Source of the DNA: Candidatus Kerfeldbacteria bacterium
GTDB lineage: Bacteria; Patescibacteriota; Patescibacteriia; UBA10025; JAHIVO01
Reading direction: 5' to 3'
Assembly: GCA_016214565.1 (NCBI GenBank)
Contig: JACROE010000002.1
Span: 856,007 to 920,006, forward strand
Length of the DNA: 64,000 bases
Positions 1 through 10,644 of this stretch are shown here, piece by piece. The notes below the pieces were generated by a model that worked only from the letters and a program-made list of their open reading frames with translations, was not told the DNA's origin and searched no databases. Both the position numbers and the translations under genes were made by a program. Position 1 is the stretch's first letter. Every line of letters starts with the position of its first letter.

Positions 1-10
1 TGATTAAAAC

Positions 11-1597
11 TTGATAATAAGAGAAAATATAAATGTGAATACAGTAAAGGTATTATTTTTTTTAGTCATTATTCTGGGAGTAGCAGCGCTCTTTCGTTTT
101 TCATTTTTGTCATCAATTCCACCGGGTATCCATCCTGATGCAGCTGCTAATGGGATTGATGCCTGGGATGCATTGGTTCATAATAATCGACAAGTTTTTT
201 ATGAAGGCAATTCTGGCCGTGAGGGGCTTTTTATTAATTTCATTTCGTACTCATTTGATTGGTTTGGTCCGAGTTTAGTGGCTTATAAATTACCCGGATG
301 TTTGATCGGGCTTCTTTCGGTATTGGGGATGTATTTTCTTGGAAAAGAGATTACCCAAAAGCAATACGGGGGTTTGATTGCATCTTTTTTGATGGCAACA
401 TCTTTCTGGATGGTCATATTTGATCGTACTGGATTTCGCGCCACTCTTTCGGTCTGTTCTGTAATTTGGGTATCATTTTTTTTATTACGCGCGTTTCGTA
501 CGACTCAATGGCATGATTATGCACTTGCTGGCATTTTTTTAGGCGTTGGGTTGCATAGCTATACTTCATTCCGCTTTATGCCTTTGGTTGTGGTGGCTGC
601 GTATGGGTACGCGCTTTGGGCATGGCGAAAATTGAAAAATGCCTCGTGGCTCCATATATTTCAATTGCATAAATATTTCATTCTAACCGTCGTCATTGCA
701 TTATTTATTTTTAGTCCGTTACTTCAGTATTATCTTGTCCATCCGGAAACATTTATGGGACGCGCACATGAAGTATCGGTATTTACCCAGTCAGAAACTT
801 CGAAACATTTATGGCAAAGCACAACTTCAAATTTATTATTTTTTAATATTTCTGGCGATCCGAACTGGCGGCATAACGTGGCTCGGTTGCCGGCCCTCGA
901 TACACTCCTGGGGGCATTTTTTTTGGCAGGGGTTGCCATTGTTGGATATTCACTCATAAAAAAAAGAGAATCAGCGCCTGACACTTCTACTCAGACACGC
1001 GTGGCAAATTTTTTTATGTTATGCCTATTGGGCATGATGATTATTCCAGCGGCGATAACCTATTCTCCGGGCGGCATCCCTCATGCCTTACGAATTATAA
1101 ATACCGCGCCAGCTGTTTACCTCCTTGTGACCATTGCCGCGGTGACCATCTATGAACGAGTAAAGAATTCTGGGGTTGTTCAACGTCCGATTCTTCTTAT
1201 GAGCATTACCTTGCTGGCTACCTATCTGGTCACCTTCAATGCAGTACTCTACTTCATGCGCTGGGGAGACAATGGTCAGGTAGCGCACGAATTCAGCGAA
1301 GATTACACGCATGTCTCAGACTATATCAAGGATTTGTCGGCTACCGGGAGTACGGTTTTACTTGTGTCCGATAGCAGTGAACTGCAATTCTTTTTACTTG
1401 CAGTAAAAAATGTAATCATCACGTCAAAATTTGAAGCAGTGGAATTTGAAACGTCACGTCCTGACGTCGTTGTATTTTCGAATTTTGGACAAAATAATAT
1501 ACGTGATCGCGAAATATTGATTACTCAGGGCATGCAAATGTCGAGTGGTTTGACTTTTGGCAGAGGGGGGCACACCGTGGTTGTTTTTTCAAGGTAG
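11..1597 (+). CDS. GT-C fold (ArnT/PMT, GT39-like) membrane glycosyltransferase
   Basis: 528 aa polytopic protein; N-terminal PPGIHPDAA acidic loop after TM1, many TM helices; more AT-rich than downstream genes. Confidence 0.8.
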   Translation: MIIRENINVNTVKVLFFLVIILGVAALFRFSFLSSIPPGIHPDAAANGIDAWDALVHNNRQVFYEGNSGREGLFINFISYSFDWFGPSLVAYKLPGCLIGLLSVLGMYFLGKEITQKQYGGLIASFLMATSFWMVIFDRTGFRATLSVCSVIWVSFFLLRAFRTTQWHDYALAGIFLGVGLHSYTSFRFMPLVVVAAYGYALWAWRKLKNASWLHIFQLHKYFILTVVIALFIFSPLLQYYLVHPETFMGRAHEVSVFTQSETSKHLWQSTTSNLLFFNISGDPNWRHNVARLPALDTLLGAFFLAGVAIVGYSLIKKRESAPDTSTQTRVANFFMLCLLGMMIIPAAITYSPGGIPHALRIINTAPAVYLLVTIAAVTIYERVKNSGVVQRPILLMSITLLATYLVTFNAVLYFMRWGDNGQVAHEFSEDYTHVSDYIKDLSATGSTVLLVSDSSELQFFLLAVKNVIITSKFEAVEFETSRPDVVVFSNFGQNNIRDREILITQGMQMSSGLTFGRGGHTVVVFSR

Positions 1598-1978
1598 TTT
1601 GATTACCAGTTGCATTAAAAGATGCAATTAATGTATGGTTGTTGTTTTTATTTTCAAATTATCCTCCCATAGGTAACCTTGTCTGCCAAGGAGCAATCGT
1701 TAAACTTTTTGTCAAAACAAAAGCGTCCACTCGTCTTAGGGACTTAAGTAATATCCTAGCATTGATCAGGGTAGTTTGTCGGCTGATCGCTATTCATATT
1801 CTATCTTGCTTGACAGGATGCAATAAATAGTGTTTAACTCAAACGGCTGTACTAGATCGACCCCTTAGTCGACCTCCATGTCGCATATAGATATTCTGTA
1901 AAAAATGTGCTTGAAGATATACCCCCTTTCCCCCCGTCCTGCGTTGATAGTCAGCCTGCATGAAAATTTGACTATACT

Positions 1979-3727
1979 ATGATAAGTTTTATCACACGGG
2001 ATGACCAGCATTCTCGGCTCTGGAAGGAGCTGGAAAAAGAGAAGGTCATTTCACATGAAGATTACAAATCAGCAGTGAAGCGCGCCAAGCGGACCGACCG
2101 GCATATTGCCGAGGTTCTCTTTGAGGTGGATCGGGCATCTCAGGATAAGTTGCTTAAAATTTTTTCGACTTTTTATAATTTGCCAGCCGTTGATTTGCAC
2201 AATAAAGTGATTGCTCGGTATGTGTTGACACTTATTCCTAAGGAAGTGGCTGAGCAACATTCCATCGTTGTATTCAAAAAGAAGGATCAGGTGATTCATA
2301 TTGCCACGACGAATCCCGATAACGAGCAAGCTATCGATTTTATCAGGAAAAAAACCGGTCTCGAACCGTTGGTGCATTTGGCCAGTCAGTCCGCTATCCA
2401 ATCCGCTATTCGGAAATATCAGAGTGAAATAAAATCAGAGTTTGCAAAAATTGTTGAGGATAGTATCCAAGAAGCGCTCAATTCTGATGAGTCGCCGGAA
2501 AAAATTGCCCAATTCGTTCCCGTGATTAAGATGCTCGACACGGTCATTGACCAGGCCCTAACCCAGAATGCTTCCGATATTCATATTGAGCCTGGAGCTG
2601 ATGCGGTCGTTATTCGCTACCGAGTTGATGGCTTGCTGAAGAAAATCGTTGAGTTACCCCGGGAGATCTTGCCTCCACTTCTCACCAGAATCAAATTGCT
2701 GTCGAGTGTTAAAATCGATGAAAACCGTTTGCCACAAGACGGCCGTTTCACAGTTGTCCACGAGAATCGTGAAGTGGCTATCCGTACGTCCATCATTCCC
2801 ACACTGCACGGCTCTAAAGTGGTGATGCGCCTGCTTGATCGTAAACGACAGGAGTTTACTTTGCAGAAGCTCGGTCTCAATAAGCGGGATTATATGACTG
2901 TGCGTGATGAGATTACTAAGCCGCATGGTATGGTATTGGTCACCGGGCCGACTGGTTCGGGGAAAACCACCACGCTTTACGCAATTTTACAGCTGACCAA
3001 TAAGGAGGGGGTTAATATCAGCACTATTGAGGATCCGATTGAGTATGGTTTACCTGGCATCAATCAAACGCAGGTCAATCCAGCTGCTGGTTTAACGTTT
3101 GCTAATGGACTGCGCTCGCTATTGCGCCAAGACCCCAATATTCTGATGGTTGGGGAAATTCGTGATACCGATACTGCGGCAATCGCCGTGAATGCTGCTA
3201 TGACGGGTCACCTCGTTCTGACAACTCTCCATACCAATTCCGCATTCCAAGTCCTTGAGCGATTAGTCGAGATGGGCGTGTTGCCATTTTTGGCCGCCTC
3301 CGTTACACGTCTGGTAATCGGTCAGCGCTTGCTCAGGCAGATTTGCAGCCGGTGTCGGACTCGCGTAGAACCAAAGAAGAAACTACTTGAGCGTTATCAG
3401 CCGCTTTTCAAAATTAATGAAGCTTTTAATAAATTAACTAACCTCGGGCTACTGAATCCGGAAAAGCCACTGAGCCACCTCCCGTTCTATTATGGGAAGG
3501 GATGTGCTCACTGCAATCAGACTGGCTATCGCGGACGACTTGGCGTATTTGAAATTTTGAAAGTTGACGACCGACTGCATCAGGCAATTATTCGCGATCC
3601 GTCTGCCGATTCGATCAAGAAAGCCGCTCTGGACGCTGGGGCAACGACAATGGTTGAGGATGGGCTGCTCAAAGTTTTCCAAGGGCAAACCACTTTTGAG
3701 GAGTTGGTTCGCGTAACGAGAGAATAA
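1979..3727 (+). CDS. pilB: Type IV pilus assembly ATPase (PilB/GspE family)
   Basis: ASDIHIEP, Walker A GPTGSGKTT, TIEDPIEY, LRQDPNILMVGEIRD, TGHLVLTTLH, CxxC/CxxC zinc motif. Confidence 0.93.
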   Translation: MISFITRDDQHSRLWKELEKEKVISHEDYKSAVKRAKRTDRHIAEVLFEVDRASQDKLLKIFSTFYNLPAVDLHNKVIARYVLTLIPKEVAEQHSIVVFKKKDQVIHIATTNPDNEQAIDFIRKKTGLEPLVHLASQSAIQSAIRKYQSEIKSEFAKIVEDSIQEALNSDESPEKIAQFVPVIKMLDTVIDQALTQNASDIHIEPGADAVVIRYRVDGLLKKIVELPREILPPLLTRIKLLSSVKIDENRLPQDGRFTVVHENREVAIRTSIIPTLHGSKVVMRLLDRKRQEFTLQKLGLNKRDYMTVRDEITKPHGMVLVTGPTGSGKTTTLYAILQLTNKEGVNISTIEDPIEYGLPGINQTQVNPAAGLTFANGLRSLLRQDPNILMVGEIRDTDTAAIAVNAAMTGHLVLTTLHTNSAFQVLERLVEMGVLPFLAASVTRLVIGQRLLRQICSRCRTRVEPKKKLLERYQPLFKINEAFNKLTNLGLLNPEKPLSHLPFYYGKGCAHCNQTGYRGRLGVFEILKVDDRLHQAIIRDPSADSIKKAALDAGATTMVEDGLLKVFQGQTTFEELVRVTRE

Positions 3728-3731
3728 TAGT

Positions 3732-4937
3732 ATGATATTCAAATACACTGCACTCGACAAAAAAGATGCCTTTACCAAAGGTGTGATTGAGGTAAAGAGT
3801 GAGAAGGCGGCTCGTGCTCAATTAGAGAACGAAGGCTTTATGATTGTCAGCTTGAAGGCTGAAAAGTCAGAACGGTTTTCCGCATTTAATAATGTATTTC
3901 AGACAGTCGGGCGAGTCGATAAGATTTTTTTCACCCGCCATCTTTTCACTATTCTCGAATCAGGCATTCCGCTTGATCAAGCGATTAAAATAACCAGCGA
4001 GCAAACACCGAATAAGAAATTTAGTGAAATCCTGGACGACATACATAAGAATTTGCAGCACGGACAGACGTTTCATTTTGCGCTGTCCCAACATCCCCAG
4101 TATTTCTCAAAGTTTTTTACGAGTTTGATTCGGGTCGGGGAGTGGAGTGGAAAATTGGATGAGGTACTCTCGTATTCTCTGGAGCAGCAAGAAAATGATT
4201 TTGAATTGGTGACGAAAACCCGGTCTGCTATGATTTATCCCGCGGTGATCCTGGCCGCTCTCATTGTTATCTTTATTTTCATGATGACCTTTGTCGTCCC
4301 GAAAATTACTGAAGTGCTGACTCAGTACGAGGTTGAATTACCCCTTTTGACTAAGATCATTATTGGTCTTAGTGAATTCGTCATTCATTATGGTCTTTTT
4401 TTGATTCCGGCATTCGGTTTGTTCTGGTACATTTTTCATAAATGGAAAAGCACGCCAAAGGGTAAGCGTCAGTGGGACAGTTTGATTCTGTCGCTGCCTC
4501 GGGTAAAACAAATTGTTGCTGAATTTAATCTCGCCCGCATCAACCGGTCATTGAGTGCGCTACTGAAAAGTGGCATGCAGATAGATCAGGCGCTTGCACT
4601 TACCGCTGACGTCACCAATAACAGCCATTATGCTACCTCCCTCAAAGAGAGTATCAAATTTGTACAAAAGGGAATTGCGTTCTCTGAGACCCTGCGGGGC
4701 TACCCGCATTTGTACCCACCGATTACCGTGCAAATGATTTATGTGGGAGAGCGGACGGGAAAATTTGATCACATGTTGTCTCGATTAGCCGTTTTTTATG
4801 AGAAAGCTGTCTTGACTGCCTCAAGCAATCTCGCGTTGGTGATTGAGCCAGTGTTATTGATTACTATTGGATTAGCTGTGGCCCTGATGGCCATCGGCAT
4901 CCTGACTCCTATTTGGAATTATGCTCAAACGATCTAA
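3732..4937 (+). CDS. pilC: Type IV pilus platform protein (PilC/GspF)
   Basis: Two GspF repeats (GEWSGKLD, GERTGKFD), MIYP and IEP motifs; follows pilB. Confidence 0.92.
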   Translation: MIFKYTALDKKDAFTKGVIEVKSEKAARAQLENEGFMIVSLKAEKSERFSAFNNVFQTVGRVDKIFFTRHLFTILESGIPLDQAIKITSEQTPNKKFSEILDDIHKNLQHGQTFHFALSQHPQYFSKFFTSLIRVGEWSGKLDEVLSYSLEQQENDFELVTKTRSAMIYPAVILAALIVIFIFMMTFVVPKITEVLTQYEVELPLLTKIIIGLSEFVIHYGLFLIPAFGLFWYIFHKWKSTPKGKRQWDSLILSLPRVKQIVAEFNLARINRSLSALLKSGMQIDQALALTADVTNNSHYATSLKESIKFVQKGIAFSETLRGYPHLYPPITVQMIYVGERTGKFDHMLSRLAVFYEKAVLTASSNLALVIEPVLLITIGLAVALMAIGILTPIWNYAQTI

Positions 4938-4938
4938 T

Positions 4939-5379
4939 ATGCTATTGCCCCTGAATCAGAAGGCCTTCACGCTCATTGAGTTGCTGGTGGTGATGAGTAT
5001 CGTAGGAATCATTTCCGCGGTCGGCTTTCCCGCCTTTGCTGCGATGCAAAAGAATATTAGCCTGAAAAACTATACCAAAGAAATAGTCAGCAATTTGCGC
5101 CACGCCCACAATTTAGCGGTTGCGTCACAAGACGGTGAGAATCATGGTATTTATTTCTTGGAGAAAGAGTATGGCACCTGTGAACAAAACTGTACCATCC
5201 ATACCGCCGCGTATGACATTGCCAATGGCGTAGAAGTACTACAGGGATCGGGTGATTCAGTTATTTTTGACCGGCTAACAGGTAATACTTCTGCTCAAAC
5301 AATTGTGGTCGGATTTGACGGTGGGAAACAAAATACGATTGTTATCGACGCGTCGGGTCGTATCACGACGCTCTACTAA
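4939..5379 (+). CDS. Minor pilin, FimT/GspH-like
   Basis: Prepilin motif KA|FTLIELLVV; start at 4921 or 4939. Confidence 0.85.
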   Translation: MLLPLNQKAFTLIELLVVMSIVGIISAVGFPAFAAMQKNISLKNYTKEIVSNLRHAHNLAVASQDGENHGIYFLEKEYGTCEQNCTIHTAAYDIANGVEVLQGSGDSVIFDRLTGNTSAQTIVVGFDGGKQNTIVIDASGRITTLY

Positions 5380-5380
5380 T

Positions 5381-5881
5381 ATGACCAAGCAATCAAACCA
5401 GGGGTTCAGCGTGATCGAGGTGCTGATCAGTTTGGGGATGATCACGCTGATCGTTGCCAGCATTGGCGCCGCCCTGACTGCTAATAATCGATTGGGCCAG
5501 GCAGGCAGTACCAAGGATCAAGCTTTGGCCTATGCTCGAGAAAGCATGGAGGTCGTCGCTCAACAGGCAAATTCATTCTTTGCACAATGCCCAGGCAATC
5601 TGAATTGCTGGATCGCATTTGATAGTACCCAGCCGTACTTCATTACCGACGCCAATACGTTGGTAGCGGGGACTGAGACGCTGAACACGGGCCAGATGAC
5701 GATGACTCGCAGCATTACCTTCACTGATCTGCGGCGTGACGCCAATGGTGACATAGTTGCATCGGGGGGAACGGTTGACCCAAGCTCAAAAAAGGTGACG
5801 GTCGTCGTGTCCTGGGTGCAGCACGGCCAGTCAAAGAACGTAACGTTGAGCACAATTCTTACCCGATGGAAGAATGTATAG
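5381..5881 (+). CDS. Minor pilin, PilV-like
   Basis: QG|FSVIEVLI and C-terminal KKVTVVVSW; ATG 5381 directly after the previous stop. Confidence 0.85.
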   Translation: MTKQSNQGFSVIEVLISLGMITLIVASIGAALTANNRLGQAGSTKDQALAYARESMEVVAQQANSFFAQCPGNLNCWIAFDSTQPYFITDANTLVAGTETLNTGQMTMTRSITFTDLRRDANGDIVASGGTVDPSSKKVTVVVSWVQHGQSKNVTLSTILTRWKNV

Positions 5882-6374
5882 TATGAACAATGTAATGAAA
5901 AATCAGTCCGGCTATACGTTGATGGAGCTCTTGGTGTACCTGAGTATTGTCACCGTGAGCGTGCTGGTATTCACCACGTTTGTGGTTAATGTGACGAAAA
6001 ATTCAGCACGCGCAGAAATGAGGCAGGAATTGCAGGAAAATGCTCGTGTAGTGAGCAATCGTCTTATTCAGAATATCCGGCAGGCGGCCAGTGTTGATCA
6101 GGCCAATTCAATCTTTGATGTGCCCAGCGGCACCCTGGCGCTGAACCAAGCGGTAGGAGCAGACATTACATTTCGTCTGGTCAATAATACGGTGGTGTAC
6201 AACGATGGCACCACTGATTATGTCTTGACCAGCAACCGTGTGAAAGTAACTACGATGCAATTTTCTCACACAGTTGATTTGGTAAAAGTCGAATTGACTT
6301 TCGAACAGCCGAATGACTCATCCCAATCATTCACCCTGCACACGGCGGCGCTTGCCCGGCAGTCAATTTATTAA
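5874..6374 (+). CDS. Minor pilin, PilW-like
   Basis: SG|YTLMELLVY prepilin motif. Confidence 0.85.
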   Translation: MYSMNNVMKNQSGYTLMELLVYLSIVTVSVLVFTTFVVNVTKNSARAEMRQELQENARVVSNRLIQNIRQAASVDQANSIFDVPSGTLALNQAVGADITFRLVNNTVVYNDGTTDYVLTSNRVKVTTMQFSHTVDLVKVELTFEQPNDSSQSFTLHTAALARQSIY

Positions 6375-8164
6375 TGCGTATGCACGTCATTTCCTCTAAT
6401 CAACGTGGAGCCATCGCTGTCATCTCACTGATGATCATCGCGAGCTTTGCTTTGGCCGTGATCACCACGGTCAGTCTTACTTCGATGAACGTATTTCGGG
6501 GTGCGGACGCAGGTATTGATACGGATCAAACTTTTTATGCGGCAGAGGCGGGGATTAATGAGGGATTGTATGAGCTGAATATCGATCCGTCGCCGCATGA
6601 ATTTTGCCTGGGTTTTGATGCCATTACGGTGAATTGTGACGATGCGGCGATACGCGATAAAGTGCGGGTAACCATTACCGCAAATGGATACAATCGGACC
6701 ATTACTTCAGTCGCACAGGATGCATCCGGCAAAGAACGAACGCTTCATATCGAGGTAACGACCTCGTCAATTTCAGTGCCATTGCAATATGCGGTACATT
6801 CGGGCCGGGGTGGATTCATCCTTGATAATGGCGCGCAAGTAAAGGGACCGATTTATTCTAATGGAAATATTGAGGGCTCAAATACCTCACTTATCACTGG
6901 AGAAGTGCAGGTCGCTAATGAGCCAACGCCTAGCCCGAAACAAGAGAGTCACCCTTTACCGTACTCAATCGCTCAGGATGCGGCACACCTCAGGGTGGCG
7001 CAGCAGATTGTTCCGCCAGTCACTGAACGGCTTACCAAGGTCAGCCTCTACATCCAACGATCATCGAATCAACAACTACCGGAGCTTCCTGGGACGCCGT
7101 ATCAAGTAAAAATTGTCCGTGATATTGCGGGGTCTCCGGATCTCACCCAAGTCGTTGCGCAGCAACAAATCAGTATCCCGAGAGATATTGACTGGGTACC
7201 TATTACATTCACTCCCGCACCATTATTAACCTCAGGACAACCGTATTGGATTGTTGTTGGCGCCACTGCTCAAACTAATGCAACTCGGTACATCATCTGG
7301 GATTACAATGATAATCCTGACACCTATGCTGATGGGGCAGCAAAATATTTTGATAATACGACAGGTACTTGGAATACCATTGCGGGGGATTTCTCCTTTC
7401 AGACATTACTGGGTATTGGTGATACCTTCGTTAAGGACGGGACGGTCAATGGTGATATTACCGCGCACTCGATTATTAATGTTAGCGGGACGGGCTCACG
7501 CACCTCGGGAGCGGGTGTCAATCCGCCCCGTGTCGATTACCCGATAACCGATGCTGACATTAACGACTGGAAATCAGGTGCTCAAGCCGGGGGTGAACTG
7601 AACTGTGGTCCAGGCTCAGCATGTACCAAGGATGCAAATGGGGACGTTACCATTACTGCGAATATGAGCATCGGTCCAAATGTTGTGCATGGGAATTTGA
7701 ATATTAATAGTGGAGTTTCCATAACCGTATTGGGGAATCTGTATGTTGAAAAAAATATAACGTTTAATCCGCCCGCCGGTGCAACCATGATAGTTGGCCC
7801 AGCCAATACACCAGCCGCACGGGTAGTGGTTGCTGAAGGCCAGATCAAAATTAAGAACAACGACATTCTCAGCGGTTCCGGGCATGTGCGGAGCTTTCTC
7901 CTGATGGTTTCGCTTGACGATTATCTGACTTCTGGGGAGATCGCTATCAGCCCTTCGAATAATAGTAGTTCAGTGCTTTTCTTTGCGCCGAAAGGTTTTG
8001 TTGAAATGGCCAATGGCACCTTCCTCAATAGTGCCACTGCGTATATTATCCACCTTGAGAATGCCATAATCGAGTACAATGAGAACCTGTCCGGTTTCAC
8101 CGTGCCTGATCCCACACCAGCCCCGATTGTGATTATCCCCGGACAAGGCTGGGAAGAGCAGTAA
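6374..8164 (+). CDS. PilX-like minor pilin with large beta-rich C-terminal region
   Basis: RG|AIAVISL lacking Glu5, FYAAEAGINEG PilX-type motif, C-terminal WEE. Confidence 0.8.
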   Translation: MRMHVISSNQRGAIAVISLMIIASFALAVITTVSLTSMNVFRGADAGIDTDQTFYAAEAGINEGLYELNIDPSPHEFCLGFDAITVNCDDAAIRDKVRVTITANGYNRTITSVAQDASGKERTLHIEVTTSSISVPLQYAVHSGRGGFILDNGAQVKGPIYSNGNIEGSNTSLITGEVQVANEPTPSPKQESHPLPYSIAQDAAHLRVAQQIVPPVTERLTKVSLYIQRSSNQQLPELPGTPYQVKIVRDIAGSPDLTQVVAQQQISIPRDIDWVPITFTPAPLLTSGQPYWIVVGATAQTNATRYIIWDYNDNPDTYADGAAKYFDNTTGTWNTIAGDFSFQTLLGIGDTFVKDGTVNGDITAHSIINVSGTGSRTSGAGVNPPRVDYPITDADINDWKSGAQAGGELNCGPGSACTKDANGDVTITANMSIGPNVVHGNLNINSGVSITVLGNLYVEKNITFNPPAGATMIVGPANTPAARVVVAEGQIKIKNNDILSGSGHVRSFLLMVSLDDYLTSGEIAISPSNNSSSVLFFAPKGFVEMANGTFLNSATAYIIHLENAIIEYNENLSGFTVPDPTPAPIVIIPGQGWEEQ

Positions 8165-8276
8165 TCTATTTCCTACATTAGTGTCGTCGTGTGCCTATAC
8201 CTGTGGTGGTACATTTTTTTGAGTTGCAAAAAGCGCCCCTGTTTACAATTTCGTTAGGCAGGAGCAAAATATATAT

Positions 8277-9581
8277 ATGAAAACAGTTGGCATTATTTTT
8301 GGTGCAGCGGTTATAGCAGTCATTGTTATTTGTGTCCAAGCACCGCGGGCAGCTGGGGAGATCGGGGATTGCCCCGCGGGCTACGAATTTCAGCCCTCCA
8401 GCGGGGTAGGCTGTGTCCAGATCAACTGCAACGATGTCGAGAACGGCCACTGGTCATACACCAGCGCCTGTATTTGCGGTTCAGCAGGCAGTATTTATGA
8501 GGATCCAACTGATCCGAACAAAGGGTGTTATTATGACAGGGACTATGCGGCTTGTCCTGGATGCCTCTATGCCTGCGTCCATACTGATGAAGCGTGTCCG
8601 GACGAGACGCCTCCGACTACCAATACAAACGCCAGTTCAAACGTAAATGCGTCCGTAAATACTAACGCCGCCTCAACTAATAGCGCTAGCGGTAATACCA
8701 ATCAGTTGGTAAATCAGAATAGTAATACATCGCTGACTACGGCTGGTGTGGGCAGTACTGCGAGTTGTACCGAGGAATGCAATAAATACCTGAGGGGCAA
8801 AAGGAATGCATCAGTTGTGTCCGCAACTGGTGAACCTCCGGACTGCGCTTGTCAGATCGATGTTCAAGCGGGCGGGGCGGTAACGCAAACTATTAAGATA
8901 GAGGGACCAATAGAAACAACGTATACGTTTGATCCATCGTCCGGCGCGCTGCTATCCCGGGTGACAGTGAATCGCCGGGATGAAATCGAAAAGATCCGCA
9001 AGCGTCTTGGCTATCGTTATACCGAGGCTGAGATTGACGCACTGCTTGCGCCAGAGAAAATTGACGCGTGGTTCCAGAGCCAGACGCAAAACATTAGGAC
9101 AACAACTAATTTGCTCAATCCGCAGTTCTGGTGGCAGCACGTGGTGGCAATACTTGATCACGGGTTTGATGGCAATAGCGCTGATTTTGTAGACACGTAC
9201 CAATTTGGCAGGTGCGGCGATTCAATGCAGTGGCTCGAGCGTGATTTGTCGGGCCAATTACGCTTGGGCGATGACGCAGACGAACCTGGTCAAAAACACG
9301 AAGCGATGCTTTCAATCACTGGAGAAAAATATGGCAACATGTTGAACCACACTTCATTGCTTATTCGGCCCGCCGGCATTACCAATGCGGAGTGGGAGGA
9401 CATCGTCAGAGAACTGAAGCAATTATCTGGCGGTACCGAGGATAATCCTGGCATTCAGCCAGGCGGTTTACAGAATATTGATCCGCGTTTGCTGGATGCA
9501 AAAGTTTTAGACCCATATAAGAAACAAATAACCACCGTGCGTGAATTCATTAAAGGCTGGTCATATATCCGTATTAGTTAG
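8277..9581 (+). CDS. Secreted Cys-rich protein with T/N/S linker and possible Cys-His-Asp C-terminal domain
   Basis: Signal peptide, Cys-rich N-terminal domain, low-complexity linker, GRCGD/NHTS/LDPY motifs. Confidence 0.65.
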   Translation: MKTVGIIFGAAVIAVIVICVQAPRAAGEIGDCPAGYEFQPSSGVGCVQINCNDVENGHWSYTSACICGSAGSIYEDPTDPNKGCYYDRDYAACPGCLYACVHTDEACPDETPPTTNTNASSNVNASVNTNAASTNSASGNTNQLVNQNSNTSLTTAGVGSTASCTEECNKYLRGKRNASVVSATGEPPDCACQIDVQAGGAVTQTIKIEGPIETTYTFDPSSGALLSRVTVNRRDEIEKIRKRLGYRYTEAEIDALLAPEKIDAWFQSQTQNIRTTTNLLNPQFWWQHVVAILDHGFDGNSADFVDTYQFGRCGDSMQWLERDLSGQLRLGDDADEPGQKHEAMLSITGEKYGNMLNHTSLLIRPAGITNAEWEDIVRELKQLSGGTEDNPGIQPGGLQNIDPRLLDAKVLDPYKKQITTVREFIKGWSYIRIS

Positions 9582-9584
9582 TCT

Positions 9585-10079
9585 ATGAAAAAGATTCGTA
9601 TTATCACCATCATTGTGGGTTGTCTGGTCATTGTCCTCGCAGCAGGAGCAATTGTGCTGCGCCATGTCCCGGCGGTGACGTATGCGGTTGAGGATGTGGA
9701 CACTACTGCTCACTGGGGATCGATTTCTGGATCACTGAGTTACCCGAGCGATTTTATCCCAGCCTTAGGCGTTTGCGCTCAAACGAAGAATGCGACCGAA
9801 CAATATTGCACCTACAAAATGTTAGAGGATGATAAATATACTAATGGTGTTGGCTATTCTATTGCGGTTCCGCCGGGTGCGTATACCGTATTCAGCCATG
9901 AAGTGACGGAGTTGAACGCGTTGACTGGTTATCAGGACGGTGATTACCAAGCTTTTTACTCAAAGTTTGTTACCTGCGGCGGTACCAGTGATTGCACCTC
10001 TCACACGCCGGTTGTTGTAACGGTCGAGCGCAACCAAGACCTCGAAAATATTGACCCGATTGATTGGTATAATATTTAA
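9585..10079 (+). CDS. Membrane-anchored/secreted hypothetical protein
   Basis: N-terminal hydrophobic helix, Cys pairs; 3 nt after the upstream stop. Confidence 0.7.
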   Translation: MKKIRIITIIVGCLVIVLAAGAIVLRHVPAVTYAVEDVDTTAHWGSISGSLSYPSDFIPALGVCAQTKNATEQYCTYKMLEDDKYTNGVGYSIAVPPGAYTVFSHEVTELNALTGYQDGDYQAFYSKFVTCGGTSDCTSHTPVVVTVERNQDLENIDPIDWYNI

Positions 10080-10092
10080 TTAAGAGACACAT

Positions 10093-10308
10093 ATGGACCA
10101 AGTGTCACAACCCGTGCCATTACCGTATTCAAAAAGTATATTTAAGCAGTGGTGGCTGTGGTTAATTATTGTGGCTATTCTTATTGCAGTGTTGTTTATT
10201 CCGTATATCTCGGTGCCGGCGAGTTGCATGCCATGCCCGGACACCGCGACGAATTGTCCGGCGTGCCCGACGTACCAGCAAAATTTAATTGAGTATTGGT
10301 TTACGTAG
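10093..10308 (+). CDS. Small single-TM protein with CMPC...CPAC motif
   Basis: 71 aa, TM helix followed by four Cys; operonic spacing. Confidence 0.6.
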   Translation: MDQVSQPVPLPYSKSIFKQWWLWLIIVAILIAVLFIPYISVPASCMPCPDTATNCPACPTYQQNLIEYWFT

Positions 10309-10349
10309 GCCAATAGAGCAACCACTCAAGGGAAAGTATCATCACCAGT

Positions 10350-10526
10350 ATGGGCCAAAAATTTGTTATTTATTTCTGCCTGTCTGTCGGGGCCGCTATT
10401 GGCGGATATATCCCAGCGCTGTGGCATGACAGCATTTTTTCGCCGTGGTCAGTGATTCTTTCGGCGGTGGGTGGCATAGTGGGGTTATACGTCGGTATTA
10501 AAATCAATCAGGCGATCGGCGGGTAG
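10350..10526 (+). CDS. Small two-TM Gly-rich membrane protein (not in ORF track)
   Basis: Translated by hand: MGQKFVIYFCLSVGAAIGGYIPALWHDSIFSPWSVILSAVGGIVGLYVGIKINQAIGG (58 aa). Confidence 0.7.
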   Translation: MGQKFVIYFCLSVGAAIGGYIPALWHDSIFSPWSVILSAVGGIVGLYVGIKINQAIGG

Positions 10527-10644
10527 TCATGATTGACTTTTAGCTTCACATCGCGTATAATAGGTCTAATCGTAAAAAACCACTGGGAAAGGTCTGCCAT
10601 TACGGCCGATCTTTTTTGAATGCTTTTTCGACAATGTACCACGT

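Noticed and set aside
1639-1830. 63-aa ORF upstream of pilB
   Set aside because: TTG start, no RBS, no recognisable features; likely intergenic
8610-8745. Tandem repeat in the T/N/S-rich stretch
   Set aside because: Low-complexity protein linker with no exact DNA periodicity
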